Source: Auanema rhodensis
Lineage: Eukaryota; Animalia; Nematoda
Direction of reading: 5' to 3'
Assembly (NCBI GenBank): GCA_964057225.1
Contig: CAXKVF010000081.1
Span: 1-64,000, forward strand
Length of the DNA stretch: 64,000 nucleotides
Shown: piece by piece, positions 12,701-28,336 of the stretch
How the letters are laid out: each line of letters starts with the position of its first letter
Position numbering within the stretch: the first letter of the stretch is position 1
Made by a program: the position numbers and the translations under genes
The notes under the pieces: model-generated
Told to the model about the DNA's origin: nothing
Databases searched by the model: none
What the model saw: the letters and a program-made list of their open reading frames with translations, nothing else

Positions 12701-14784
12701 CGAATCTAATTTTGAAAACCGCATCTCTTTATCTTTCACGTGAAGCGAGTTACATACCAAGTGCACATCACGTGTACATTTAATTAGCATAAATTAAAGT
12801 TCACGTAAATTTCAAAGTCATGGTTACCATGAAGCAATATCAATAAAAATTTGTTTTTAGACTAATATGGACATGGGAAATCTAATTTTGAAAACCGCAT
12901 CTCTTTATCTTTCACGTGAAGCGAGTTACATGCCAAGTGCACATCACGTGTACATTTAATTAGCATAAATTAAAGTTCACGTAAATTTCAAAGTCATGGT
13001 TACCATGAACCAATATCAATAAAAATTTGTTTTTAGACTAATATGGACATGGGGAATCTAATTTTGAAAACCGCATCTCTTTATCTTTCACGTGAAGCGA
13101 GTTACATACCAAGTGCACATCACGTGTACATTTAATTAGCATAAATTAAAGTTCACGTAAATTTCAAAGTCATGGTTACCATGAAGCAATATCAATAAAA
13201 ATTTGTTTTTAGACTAATATGGACATGGGAAATCTAATTTTGAAAACCGCATCTCTTTATCTTTCACGTGAAGCGAGTTACATACCAAGTGCACAACACG
13301 TGTACATTTAATTAGCATAAATTAAAGTTCACGTAAATTTCAAAGTCATGGTTACCATGAACCAATATCAATAAAAATTTGTTTTTAGACTAATATGGAC
13401 ATGGGGAATCTAATTTTGAAAACCGCATCTTTTTATCTTTCACGTGAAGCGAGTTACATACCAAGTGCACATCACGTGTACATTTAATTAGCATAAATTA
13501 AAGTTCACGTAAAATTCAAAGTCATGGTTACCATGCACCAATATCAATAAAAATTTGTTTTTAGACTAATATGGACATGGGGAATCTAATTTTGAAAACC
13601 GCATCTCTTTATCTTTCACGTGAAGCGAGTTACATACCAAGTGCACATCACGTGTACATTTAATTAGCATAAATTAAAGTTCACGTAAATTTCAAAGTCA
13701 TGGTTACCATGAAGCAATATCAATAAAAATTTGTTTTTAGACTAATATGGACATGGGAAATCTAATTTTGAAAACCGCATCTCTTTATCTTTCACGTGAA
13801 GCGAGTTACATGCCAAGTGCACATCACGTGTACATTTAATTAGCATAAATTAAAGTTCACGTAAATTTCAAAGTCATGGTTACCATGAACCAATATCAAT
13901 AAAAATTTGTTTTTAGACTAATATGGACATGGGGAATCTAATTTTGAAAACCGCATCTCTTTATCTTTCACGTGAAGCGAGTTACATACCAAGTGCACAT
14001 CACGTGTACATTTAATTAGCATAAATTAAAGTTCACGTAAATTTCAAAGTCATGGTTACCATGAAGCAATATCAATAAAAATTTGTTTTTAGACTAATAT
14101 GGACATGGGAAATCTAATTTTGAAAACCGCATCTCTTTATCTTTCACGTGAAGCGAGTTACATACCAAGTGCACAACACGTGTACATTTAATTAGCATAA
14201 ATTAAAGTTCACGTAAATTTCAAAGTCATGGTTACCATGAACCAATATCAATAAAAATTTGTTTTTAGACTAATATGGACATGGGGAATCTAATTTTGAA
14301 AACCGCATCTCTTTATCTTTCACGTGAAGCGAGTTACATACCAAGTGCACATCACGTGTACATTTAATTAGCATAAATTAAAGTTCACGTAAAATTCAAA
14401 GTCATGGTTACCATGCACCAATATCAATAAAAATTTGTTTTTAGACTAATATGGACATGGGGAATCTAATTTTGAAAACCGCATCTCTTTATCTTTCACG
14501 TGAAGCGAGTTACATACCAAGTGCACATCACGTGTACATTTAATTAGCATAAATTAAAGTTCACGTAAATTTCAAAGTCATGGTTACCATGAACCAATAT
14601 CAATAAAAATTTGTTTTTAGACTAATATGGACATGGGGATTCTAATTTTGAAAATCGCATCTCTTTATCTTTCACGTGAAGCGAGTTACATACCAAGTGT
14701 ACATCAAGTGTACATTTAATTAGCATAAATTAAAGTTCACGTAAATTTCAAAGTCATGGTTACCATGAACCAATATCAATAAAA
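705..14784. repeat. Left subfamily domain marked by four-SNV 'B' monomer (A32T, C47T, C92T, C99A) and C155A monomers
   Basis: About 18 B monomers (GGGGATTC..AAAATCGC..GTGTACATCAAGTG) from 705 to 14609-14784, none further right. GTTAAC (C155A) is last seen near 11243. Confidence 0.85.
1761..5456. repeat. Tandem block duplication, 11-monomer period (1936 bp)
   Basis: The same ordered variants (C55T, A84G, B, C155A, T58A, B+C130G, B) recur. Rare C130G at 3298 and 5234, offset 1936. Confidence 0.85.
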
Positions 14785-17279
14785 ATTTGTTTTTAGACTA
14801 ATATGGACATGGGGAATCTAATTTTGAAAACCGCATCTCTTTATCTTTCACGTGAAGCGAGTTACATACCAAGTGCACATCACGTGTACATTTAATTAGC
14901 ATAAATTAAAGTTCACGTAAATTTCAAAGTCATGGTTACCATGCACCAATATCAATAAAAATTTGTTTTTAGACTAATATGGACATGGGGAATCTAATTT
15001 TGAAAACCGCATCTCTTTATCTTTCACGTGAAGCGAGTTACATACCAAGTGCACATCACGTGTACATTTAATTAGCATAAATTAAAGTTCACGTAAATTT
15101 CAAAGTCATGGTTACCATGCACCAATATCAATAAAAATTTGTTTTTAGACTAATATGGACATGGGGAATCTAATTTTGAAAACCGCATCTCTTTATCTTT
15201 CACGTGAAGCGAGTTACATGCCAAGTGCACATCACGTGTACATTTAATTAGCATAAATTAAAGTTCACGTAAATTTCAAAGTCATGGTTACCATGAACCA
15301 ATATCAATAAAAATTTGTTTTTAGACTAATATGGACATGGCGAATCTAATTTTGAAAACCGCATCTCTTTATCTTTCACGTGAAGCGAGTTACATACCAA
15401 GTGCACATCACGTGTACATTTAATTAGCATAAATTAAAGTTCACGTAAATTTCAAAGTCATGGTTACCATGAAGCAATATCAATAAAAATTTGTTTTTAG
15501 ACTAATATGGACATGGGAAATCTAATTTTGAAAACCGCATCTCTTTATCTTTCACGTGAAGCGAGTTACATGCCAAGTGCACATCACGTGTACATTTAAT
15601 TAGCATAAATTAAAGTTCACGTAAATTTCAAAGTCATGGTTACCATGAACCAATATCAATAAAAATTTGTTTTTAGACTAATATGGACATGGGGAATCTA
15701 ATTTTGAAAACCGCATCTCTTTATCTTTCACGTGAAGCGAGTTACATACCAAGTGCACATCACGTGTACATTTAATTAGCATAAATTAAAGTTCACGTAA
15801 ATTTCAAAGTCATGGTTACCATGAAGCAATATCAATAAAAATTTGTTTTTAGACTAATATGGACATGGGAAATCTAATTTTGAAAACCGCATCTCTTTAT
15901 CTTTCACGTGAAGCGAGTTACATACCAAGTGCACAACACGTGTACATTTAATTAGCATAAATTAAAGTTCACGTAAATTTCAAAGTCATGGTTACCATGA
16001 ACCAATATCAATAAAAATTTGTTTTTAGACTAATATGGACATGGGGAATCTAATTTTGAAAACCGCATCTTTTTATCTTTCACGTGAAGCGAGTTACATA
16101 CCAAGTGCACATCACGTGTACATTTAATTAGCATAAATTAAAGTTCACGTAAAATTCAAAGTCATGGTTACCATGCACCAATATCAATAAAAATTTGTTT
16201 TTAGACTAATATGGACATGGGGAATCTAATTTTGAAAACCGCATCTCTTTATCTTTCACGTGAAGCGAGTTACATACCAAGTGCACATCACGTGTACATT
16301 TAATTAGCATAAATTAAAGTTCACGTAAATTTCAAAGTCATGGTTACCATGAAGCAATATCAATAAAAATTTGTTTTTAGACTAATATGGACATGGGAAA
16401 TCTAATTTTGAAAACCGCATCTCTTTATCTTTCACGTGAAGCGAGTTACATGCCAAGTGCACATCACGTGTACATTTAATTAGCATAAATTAAAGTTCAC
16501 GTAAATTTCAAAGTCATGGTTACCATGAACCAATATCAATAAAAATTTGTTTTTAGACTAATATGGACATGGGGAATCTAATTTTGAAAACCGCATCTCT
16601 TTATCTTTCACGTGAAGCGAGTTACATACCAAGTGCACATCACGTGTACATTTAATTAGCATAAATTAAAGTTCACGTAAATTTCAAAGTCATGGTTACC
16701 ATGAAGCAATATCAATAAAAATTTGTTTTTAGACTAATATGGACATGGGAAATCTAATTTTGAAAACCGCATCTCTTTATCTTTCACGTGAAGCGAGTTA
16801 CATACCAAGTGCACAACACGTGTACATTTAATTAGCATAAATTAAAGTTCACGTAAATTTCAAAGTCATGGTTACCATGAACCAATATCAATAAAAATTT
16901 GTTTTTAGACTAATATGGACATGGGGAATCTAATTTTGAAAACCGCATCTCTTTATCTTTCACGTGAAGCGAGTTACATACCAAGTGCACATCACGTGTA
17001 CATTTAATTAGCATAAATTAAAGTTCACGTAAAATTCAAAGTCATGGTTACCATGCACCAATATCAATAAAAATTTGTTTTTAGACTAATATGGACATGG
17101 GGAATCTAATTTTGAAAACCGCATCTCTTTATCTTTCACGTGAAGCGAGTTACATACCAAGTGCACATCACGTGTACATTTAATTAGCATAAATTAAAGT
17201 TCACGTAAATTTCAAAGTCATGGTTACCATGAACCAATATCAATAAAAATTTGTTTTTAGACTAATATGGACATGGGGA
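12305..17279. repeat. Block duplication with 15-monomer period (2640 bp) containing an internal 5-monomer (880 bp) repeat
   Basis: G29C at 12701 and 15341. T96A at 13296, 14176, 15936 and 16816 (offsets 880/2640). Confidence 0.85.
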
Positions 17280-17424
17280 ATCTAATTTTGAAAACCGCAT
17301 CTCTTTATCTTTCACGTGAAGCGAGTTACATACCAAGTGTACATCACGTGTACATTTAATTAGCATAAATTAAAGTTCACGTAAATTTCAAAGTCATGGT
17401 TACCATGCACCAATATCAATAAAA

Positions 17425-20400
17425 ATTTGTTTTTAGACTAATATGGACATGGGGAATCTAATTTTGAAAACCGCATCTCTTTATCTTTCACGTGAAGCGA
17501 GTTACATACCAAGTGCACATCACGTGTACATTTAATTAGCATAAATTAAAGTTCACGTAAATTTCAAAGTCATGGTTACCATGAACCAATATCAATAAAA
17601 ATTTGTTTTTAGACTAATATGGACATGGGGAATCTAATTTTGAAAACCTCATCTCTTTATCTTTCACGTGAAGCGAGTTACATACCAAGTGCACATCACG
17701 TGTACATTTAATTAGCATAAATTAAAGTTCACGTAAAATTCAAAGTCATGGTTACCATGCACCAATATCAATAAAAATTTGTTTTTAGACTAATATGGAC
17801 ATGGGGAATCTAATTTTGAAAACCGCATCTCTTTATCTTTCACGTGAAGCGAGTTACATACCAAGTGCACATCACGTGTACATTTAATTAGCATAAATTA
17901 AAGTTCACGTAAATTTCAAAGTCATGGTTACCATGAAGCAATATCAATAAAAATTTGTTTTTAGACTAATATGGACATGGCAAATCTAATTTTGAAAACC
18001 GCATCTCTTTATCTTTCACGTGAAGCGAGTTACATGCCAAGTGCACATCACGTGTACATTTAATTAGCATAAATTAAAGTTCACGTAAATTTCAAAGTCA
18101 TGGTTACCATGAACCAATATCAATAAAAATTTGTTTTTAGACTAATATGGACATGGGGAATCTAATTTTGAAAACCGCATCTCTTTATCTTTCACGTGAA
18201 GCGAGTTACATACCAAGTGCACATCACGTGTACATTTAATTAGCATAAATTAAAGTTCACGTAAATTTCAAAGTCATGGTTACCATGAAGCAATATCAAT
18301 AAAAATTTGTTTTTAGACTAATATGGACATGGGAAATCTAATTTTGAAAACCGCATCTCTTTATCTTTCACGTGAAGCGAGTTACATACCAAGTGCACAA
18401 CACGTGTACATTTAATTAGCATAAATTAAAGTTCACGTAAATTTCAAAGTCATGGTTACCATGAACCAATATCAATAAAAATTTGTTTTTAGACTAATAT
18501 GGACATGGGGAATCTAATTTTGAAAACCGCATCTCTTTATCTTTCACGTGAAGCGAGTTACATACCAAGTGCACATCACGTGTACATTTAATTAGCATAA
18601 ATTAAAGTTCACGTAAAATTCAAAGTCATGGTTACCATGCACCAATATCAATAAAAATTTGTTTTTAGACTAATATGGACATGGGGAATCTAATTTTGAA
18701 AACCGCATCTCTTTATCTTTCACGTGAAGCGAGTTACATACCAAGTGCACATCACGTGTACATTTAATTAGCATAAATTAAAGTTCACGTAAATTTCAAA
18801 GTCATGGTTACCATGAACCAATATCAATAAAAATTTGTTTTTAGACTAATATGGACATGGGGAATCTAATTTTGAAAACCGCATCTCTTTATCTTTCACG
18901 TGAAGCGAGTTACATACCAAGTGTACATCACGTGTACATTTAATTAGCATAAATTAAAGTTCACGTAAATTTCAAAGTCATGGTTACCATGCACCAATAT
19001 CAATAAAAATTTGTTTTTAGACTAATATGGACATGGGGAATCTAATTTTGAAAACCGCATCTCTTTATCTTTCACGTGAAGCGAGTTACATACCAAGTGC
19101 ACATCACGTGTACATTTAATTAGCATAAATTAAAGTTCACGTAAATTTCAAAGTCATGGTTACCATGAACCAATATCAATAAAAATTTGTTTTTAGACTA
19201 ATATGGACATGGGGAATCTAATTTTGAAAACCTCATCTCTTTATCTTTCACGTGAAGCGAGTTACATACCAAGTGCACATCACGTGTACATTTAATTAGC
19301 ATAAATTAAAGTTCACGTAAATTTCAAAGTCATGGTTACCATGAAGCAATATCAATAAAAATTTGTTTTTAGACTAATATGGACATGGGGAATCTAATTT
19401 TGAAAACCGCATCTCTTTATCTTTCACGTGAAGCGAGTTACATACCAAGTGCACATCACGTGTACATTTAATTAGCATAAATTAAAGTTCACGTAAATTT
19501 CAAAGTCATGGTTACCATGCACCAATATCAATAAAAATTTGTTTTTAGACTAATATGGACATGGGGAATCTAATTTTGAAAACCGCATCTCTTTATCTTT
19601 CACGTGAAGCGAGTTACATACCAAGTGCACATCACGTGTACATTTAATTAGCATAAATTAAAGTTCACGTAAATTTCAAAGTCATGGTTACCATGAACCA
19701 ATATCAATAAAAATTTGTTTTTAGACTAATATGGACATGGGGAATCTAATTTTGAAAACCGCATCTCTTTATCTTTCACGTGAAGCGAGTTACATACCAA
19801 GTGCACATCACGTGTACATTTAATTAGCATAAATTAAAGTTCACGTAAATTTCAAAGTCATGGTTACCATGAACCAATATCAATAAAAATTTGTTTTTAG
19901 ACTAATATGGACATGGGGAATCTAATTTTGAAAACCGCATCTCTTTATCTTTCACGTGAAGCGAGTTACATACCAAGTGCACATCACGTGTACATTTAAT
20001 TAGCATAAATTAAAGTTCACGTAAATTTCAAAGTCATGGTTACCATGCACCAATATCAATAAAAATTTGTTTTTAGACTAATATGGACATGGGGAATCTA
20101 ATTTTGAAAACCGCATCTCTTTATCTTTCACGTGAAGCGAGTTACATACCTAGTGCACATCACGTGTTCATTTAATTAGCATAAATTAAAGTTCACGTAA
20201 ATTTCAAAGTCATGGTTACCATGCACCAATATCAATAAAAATTTGTTTTTAGACTAATATGGACATGGGGAATCTAATTTTGAAAACCGCATCTCTTTAT
20301 CTTTCACGTGAAGCGAGTTACATACCAAGTGCACATCACGTGTACATTTAATTAGCATAAATTAAAGTTCACGTAAATTTCAAAGTCATGGTTACCATGA

Positions 20401-23400
20401 ACCAATATTAATAAAAATTTGTTTTTAGACTAATATGGACATGGGGAATTTAATTTTGAAAACCGCATCTCTTTATCTTTCACGTGAAGCGAGTTACATA
20501 CCAAGTGCACATCACGTGTACATTTAATTAGCATAAATTAAAGTTCACGTAAATTTCAAAGTCATGGTTACCATGAACCAATATCAATAAAAATTTGTTT
20601 TTAGACTAATATGGACATGGGGAATCTAATTTTGAAAACCGCATCTCTTTATCTTTCACGTGAAGCGAGTTACATACCAAGTGCACATCACGTGTACATT
20701 TAATTAGCATAAATTAAAGTTCACGTAAATTTCAAAGTCATGGTTACCATGCACCAATATCAATAAAAATTTGTTTTTAGACTAATATGGACATGGGGAA
20801 TCTAATTTTGAAAACCGCATCTCTTCATCTTTCACGTGAAGCGAGTTACATACCAAGTGCACATCACGTGTACATTTAATTAGCATAAATTAAAGTTCAC
20901 GTAAATTTCAAAGTCATGGTTACCATGCACCAATATCAATAAAAATTTGTTTTTAGACTAATATGGACATGGGGAATCTAATTTTGAAAACCGCATCTCT
21001 TTATCTTTCACGTGAAGCGAGTTACATACCTAGTGCACATCACGTGTTCATTTAATTAGCATAAATTAAAGTTCACGTAAATTTCAAAGTCATGGTTACC
21101 ATGCACCAATATCAATAAAAATTTGTTTTTAGACTAATATGGACATGGGGAATCTAATTTTGAAAACCGCATCTCTTTATCTTTCACGTGAAGCGAGTTA
21201 CATACCTAGTGCACATCACGTGTTCATTTAATTAGCATAAATTAAAGTTCACGTAAATTTCAAAGTCATGGTTACCATGCACCAATATCAATAAAAATTT
21301 GTTTTTAGACTAATATGGACATGGGGAATCTAATTTTGAAAACCGCATCTCTTTATCTTTCACGTGAAGCGAGTTACATACCAAGTGCACATCACGTGTA
21401 CATTTAATTAGCATAAATTAAAGTTCACGTAAATTTCAAAGTCATGGTTACCATGAACCAATATCAATAAAAATTTGTTTTTAGACTAATATGGACATGG
21501 GGAATCTAATTTTGAAAACCTCATCTCTTTATCTTTCACGTGAAGCGAGTTACATACCAAGTGCACATCACGTGTACATTTAATTAGCATAAATTAAAGT
21601 TCACGTAAAATTCAAAGTCATGGTTACCATGCACCAATATCAATAAAAATTTGTTTTTAGACTAATATGGACATGGGGAATCTAATTTTGAAAACCGCAT
21701 CTCTTTATCTTTCACGTGAAGCGAGTTACATACCAAGTGCACATCACGTGTACATTTAATTAGCATAAATTAAAGTTCACGTAAATTTCAAAGTCATGGT
21801 TACCATGAAGCAATATCAATAAAAATTTGTTTTTAGACTAATATGGACATGGCAAATCTAATTTTGAAAACCGCATCTCTTTATCTTTCACGTGAAGCGA
21901 GTTACATGCCAAGTGCACATCACGTGTACATTTAATTAGCATAAATTAAAGTTCACGTAAATTTCAAAGTCATGGTTACCATGAACCAATATCAATAAAA
22001 ATTTGTTTTTAGACTAATATGGACATGGGGAATCTAATTTTGAAAACCGCATCTCTTTATCTTTCACGTGAAGCGAGTTACATACCAAGTGCACATCACG
22101 TGTACATTTAATTAGCATAAATTAAAGTTCACGTAAATTTCAAAGTCATGGTTACCATGAAGCAATATCAATAAAAATTTGTTTTTAGACTAATATGGAC
22201 ATGGGAAATCTAATTTTGAAAACCGCATCTCTTTATCTTTCACGTGAAGCGAGTTACATACCAAGTGCACAACACGTGTACATTTAATTAGCATAAATTA
22301 AAGTTCACGTAAATTTCAAAGTCATGGTTACCATGAACCAATATCAATAAAAATTTGTTTTTAGACTAATATGGACATGGGGAATCTAATTTTGAAAACC
22401 GCATCTCTTTATCTTTCACGTGAAGCGAGTTACATACCAAGTGCACATCACGTGTACATTTAATTAGCATAAATTAAAGTTCACGTAAAATTCAAAGTCA
22501 TGGTTACCATGCACCAATATCAATAAAAATTTGTTTTTAGACTAATATGGACATGGGGAATCTAATTTTGAAAACCGCATCTCTTTATCTTTCACGTGAA
22601 GCGAGTTACATACCAAGTGCACATCACGTGTACATTTAATTAGCATAAATTAAAGTTCACGTAAATTTCAAAGTCATGGTTACCATGAACCAATATCAAT
22701 AAAAATTTGTTTTTAGACTAATATGGACATGGGGAATCTAATTTTGAAAACCGCATCTCTTTATCTTTCACGTGAAGCGAGTTACATACCAAGTGTACAT
22801 CACGTGTACATTTAATTAGCATAAATTAAAGTTCACGTAAATTTCAAAGTCATGGTTACCATGCACCAATATCAATAAAAATTTGTTTTTAGACTAATAT
22901 GGACATGGGGAATCTAATTTTGAAAACCGCATCTCTTTATCTTTCACGTGAAGCGAGTTACATACCAAGTGCACATCACGTGTACATTTAATTAGCATAA
23001 ATTAAAGTTCACGTAAATTTCAAAGTCATGGTTACCATGAACCAATATCAATAAAAATTTGTTTTTAGACTAATATGGACATGGGGAATCTAATTTTGAA
23101 AACCTCATCTCTTTATCTTTCACGTGAAGCGAGTTACATACCAAGTGCACATCACGTGTACATTTAATTAGCATAAATTAAAGTTCACGTAAATTTCAAA
23201 GTCATGGTTACCATGAAGCAATATCAATAAAAATTTGTTTTTAGACTAATATGGACATGGGGAATCTAATTTTGAAAACCGCATCTCTTTATCTTTCACG
23301 TGAAGCGAGTTACATACCAAGTGCACATCACGTGTACATTTAATTAGCATAAATTAAAGTTCACGTAAATTTCAAAGTCATGGTTACCATGCACCAATAT

Positions 23401-24992
23401 CAATAAAAATTTGTTTTTAGACTAATATGGACATGGGGAATCTAATTTTGAAAACCGCATCTCTTTATCTTTCACGTGAAGCGAGTTACATACCAAGTGC
23501 ACATCACGTGTACATTTAATTAGCATAAATTAAAGTTCACGTAAATTTCAAAGTCATGGTTACCATGAACCAATATCAATAAAAATTTGTTTTTAGACTA
23601 ATATGGACATGGGGAATCTAATTTTGAAAACCGCATCTCTTTATCTTTCACGTGAAGCGAGTTACATACCAAGTGCACATCACGTGTACATTTAATTAGC
23701 ATAAATTAAAGTTCACGTAAATTTCAAAGTCATGGTTACCATGAACCAATATCAATAAAAATTTGTTTTTAGACTAATATGGACATGGGGAATCTAATTT
23801 TGAAAACCGCATCTCTTTATCTTTCACGTGAAGCGAGTTACATACCAAGTGCACATCACGTGTACATTTAATTAGCATAAATTAAAGTTCACGTAAATTT
23901 CAAAGTCATGGTTACCATGCACCAATATCAATAAAAATTTGTTTTTAGACTAATATGGACATGGGGAATCTAATTTTGAAAACCGCATCTCTTTATCTTT
24001 CACGTGAAGCGAGTTACATACCTAGTGCACATCACGTGTTCATTTAATTAGCATAAATTAAAGTTCACGTAAATTTCAAAGTCATGGTTACCATGCACCA
24101 ATATCAATAAAAATTTGTTTTTAGACTAATATGGACATGGGGAATCTAATTTTGAAAACCGCATCTCTTTATCTTTCACGTGAAGCGAGTTACATACCAA
24201 GTGCACATCACGTGTACATTTAATTAGCATAAATTAAAGTTCACGTAAATTTCAAAGTCATGGTTACCATGAACCAATATTAATAAAAATTTGTTTTTAG
24301 ACTAATATGGACATGGGGAATTTAATTTTGAAAACCGCATCTCTTTATCTTTCACGTGAAGCGAGTTACATACCAAGTGCACATCACGTGTACATTTAAT
24401 TAGCATAAATTAAAGTTCACGTAAATTTCAAAGTCATGGTTACCATGCACCAATATCAATAAAAATTTGTTTTTAGACTAATATGGACATGGGGAATCTA
24501 ATTTTGAAAACCGCATCTCTTCATCTTTCACGTGAAGCGAGTTACATACCAAGTGCACATCACGTGTACATTTAATTAGCATAAATTAAAGTTCACGTAA
24601 ATTTCAAAGTCATGGTTACCATGCACCAATATCAATAAAAATTTGTTTTTAGACTAATATGGACATGGGGAATCTAATTTTGAAAACCGCATCTCTTTAT
24701 CTTTCACGTGAAGCGAGTTACATACCTAGTGCACATCACGTGTTCATTTAATTAGCATAAATTAAAGTTCACGTAAATTTCAAAGTCATGGTTACCATGC
24801 ACCAATATCAATAAAAATTTGTTTTTAGACTAATATGGACATGGGGAATCTAATTTTGAAAACCGCATCTCTTTATCTTTCACGTGAAGCGAGTTACATA
24901 CCTAGTGCACATCACGTGTTCATTTAATTAGCATAAATTAAAGTTCACGTAAATTTCAAAGTCATGGTTACCATGCACCAATATCAATAAAA
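17425..24992. repeat. Tandem block duplication, 22-monomer period (3872 bp), second copy one monomer shorter
   Basis: G49T 17649/21521 and 19233/23105, GGCAAATC 17981/21853, T96A 18400/22272 and C169T 20409/24281 are all offset by 3872. T58C 20826/24522 is offset by 3696. End points are approximate. Confidence 0.85.
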
Positions 24993-27900
24993 ATTTGTTT
25001 TTAGACTAATATGGACATGGGGAATCTAATTTTGAAAACCGCATCTCTTTATCTTTCACGTGAAGCGAGTTACATACCAAGTGCACATCACGTGTACATT
25101 TAATTAGCATAAATTAAAGTTCACGTAAATTTCAAAGTCATGGTTACCATGAAGCAATATCAATAAAAATTTGTTTTTAGACTAATATGGACATGGGGAA
25201 TCTAATTTTGAAAACCGCATCTCTTTATCTTTCACGTGAAGCGAGTTACATACCAAGTGCACATCACGTGTACATTTAATTAGCATAAATTAAAGTTCAC
25301 GTAAATTTCAAAGTCATGGTTACCATGAAGCAATATCAATAAAAATTTGTTTTTAGAATAATATGGACATGGGGAATCTAATTTTGAAAACCGCATCTCT
25401 TTATCTTTCACGTGAAGCGAGTTACATACCAAGTGCACATCACGTGTACATTTAATTAGCATAAATCAAAGTTCACGTAAATTTCAAAGTCATGGTTACC
25501 ATGAACCAATATCAATAAAAATTTGTTTGTAGACTAATATGGACATGGGGAATCTAATTTTGAAAACCGCATCTCTTTATCTTTCACGTGAAGCGAGTTA
25601 CATACCAAGTGCACATCACGTGTACATTTAATTAGCATAAATTAAAGTTCACGTAAATTTCAAAGTCATGGTTACCATGCACCAATATCAATAAAAATTT
25701 GTTTTTAGACTAATATGGACATGGGGAATCTAATTTTGAAAACCGCATCTCTTTATCTTTCACGTGAAGCGAGTTACATACCTAGTGCACATCACGTGTT
25801 CATTTAATTAGCATAAATTAAAGTTCACGTAAATTTCAAAGTCATGGTTACCATGCACCAATATCAATAAAAATTTGTTTTTAGACTAATATGGACATGG
25901 GGAATCTAATTTTGAAAACCGCATCTCTTTATCTTTCACGTGAAGCGAGTTACATACCAAGTGCACATCACGTGTACATTTAATTAGCATAAATTAAAGT
26001 TCACGTAAATTTCAAAGTCATGGTTACCATGAACCAATATCAATAAAAATTTGTTTTTAGACTAATATGGACATGGGGAATCTAATTTTGAAAACCGCAT
26101 CTCTTTATCTTTCACGTGAAGCGAGTTACATACCAAGTGCACATCACGTGTACATTTAATTAGCATAAATTAAAGTTCACGTAAATTTCAAAGTCATGGT
26201 TACCATGCACCAATATCAATAAAAATTTGTTTTTAGACTAATATGGACATGGGGAATCTAATTTTGAAAACCGCATCTCTTTATCTTTCACGTGAAGCGA
26301 GTTACATACCAAGTGCACATCACGTGTACATTTAATTAGCATAAATCAAAGTTCACGTAAATTTCAAAGTCATGGTTACCATGAACCAATATCAATAAAA
26401 ATTTGTTTTTAGACTAATATGGACATGGGGAATCTAATTTTGAAAACCGCATCTCTTTATCTTTCACGTGAAGCGAGTTACATACCAAGTGCACATCACG
26501 TGTACATTTAATTAGCATAAATTAAAGTTCACGTAAATTTCAAAGTCATGGTTACCATGCACCAATATCAATAAAAATTTGTTTTTAGACTAATATGGAC
26601 ATGGGGAATCTAATTTTGAAAACCGCATCTCTTTATCTTTCACGTGAAGCGAGTTACATACCAAGTGCACATCACGTGTACATTTAATTAGCATAAATTA
26701 AAGTTCACGTAAATTTCAAAGTCATGGTTACCATGAACCAATATCAATAAAAATTTGTTTTTAGACTAATATGGACATGGGGAATCTAATTTTGAAAACC
26801 GCATCTCTTTATCTTTCACGTGAAGCGAGTTACATACCAAGTGCACATCACGTGTACATTTAATTAGCATAAATTAAAGTTCACGTAAATTTCAAAGTCA
26901 TGGTTACCATGCACCAATATCAATAAAAATTTGTTTTTAGACTAATATGGACATGGGGAATCTAATTTTGAAAACCGCATCTCTTTATCTTTCACGTGAA
27001 GCGAGTTACATACCAAGTGCACATCACGTGTACATTTAATTAGCATAAATTAAAGTTCACGTAAATTTCAAAGTCATGGTTACCATGAAGCAATATCAAT
27101 AAAAATTTGTTTTTAGACTAATATGGACATGGGGAATCTAATTTTGAAAACCGCATCTCTTTATCTTTCACGTGAAGCGAGTTACATACCAAGTGCACAT
27201 CACGTGTACATTTAATTAGCATAAATTAAAGTTCACGTAAATTTCAAAGTCATGGTTACCATGAAGCAATATCAATAAAAATTTGTTTTTAGACTAATAT
27301 GGACATGGGGAATCTAATTTTGAAAACCGCATCTCTTTATCTTTCACGTGAAGCGAGTTACATACCAAGTGCACATCACGTGTACATTTAATTAGCATAA
27401 ATTAAAGTTCACGTAAATTTCAAAGTCATGGTTACCATGAACCAATATCAAAAAAAATTTGTTTTTAGACCAATATGGACATGGGGAATCTAATTTTGAA
27501 AACCGCATCTCTTTATCTTTCACGTGAAGCGAGTTACATACCAAGTGCACATCACGTGTACATTTAATTAGCATAAATTAAAGTTCACGTAAATTTCAAA
27601 GTCATGGTTACCATGCACCAATATCAATAAAAATTTGTTTTTAGACTAATATGGACATGGGGAATCTAATTTTGAAAACCGCATCTCTTTATCTTTCACG
27701 TGAAGCGAGTTACATACCAAGTGCACATCACGTGTACATTTAATTAGCATAAATTAAAGTTCACGTAAATTTCAAAGTCATGGTTACCATGAACCAATAT
27801 CAATAAAAATTTGTTTTTAGACTAATATGGACATGGGGAATCTAATTTTGAAAACCGCATCTCTTTATCTTTCACGTGAAGCGAGTTACATACCAAGTGC

Positions 27901-28336
27901 ACATCACGTGTACATTTAATTAGCATAAATTAAAGTTCACGTAAATTTCAAAGTCATGGTTACCATGAACCAATATCAATAAAAATTTGTTTTTAGACTA
28001 ATATGGAGATGGGGAATCTAATTTTGAAAACCGCATCTCTTTATCTTTCACGTGAAGCGAGTTACATACCAAGTGCACATCACGTGTACATTTAATTAGC
28101 ATAAATTAAAGTTCACGTAAAATTCAAAGTCATGGTTACCATGCACCAATATCAATAAAAATTTGTTTTTAGACTAATATGGACATGGGGAATCTAATTT
28201 TGAAAACCGCATCTCTTTATCTTTCACGTGAAGCGAGTTACATACCAAGTGCACATCACGTGTACATTTAATTAGCATAAATTAAAGTTCACGTAAATTT
28301 CAAAGTCATGGTTACCATGCACCAATATCAATAAAA

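Noticed and set aside
25280-25462. 60-aa minus-strand ORF (MLIKCTRDVHLVCNSLHVKDKEMRFSK...)
   Set aside because: It is just the satellite monomer read in reverse. It is open only because private C14A (25358) turns the TAG present in the other copies into TAT. The 176-bp unit is not a multiple of 3, and there is no recognisable domain.
27392-27574. Second 60-aa minus-strand ORF
   Set aside because: Same frame of the monomer, with private T15C (27471) converting TAG to TGG. Two different hits to one codon within the singleton-rich zone are compatible with chance. There is no evidence of coding selection.
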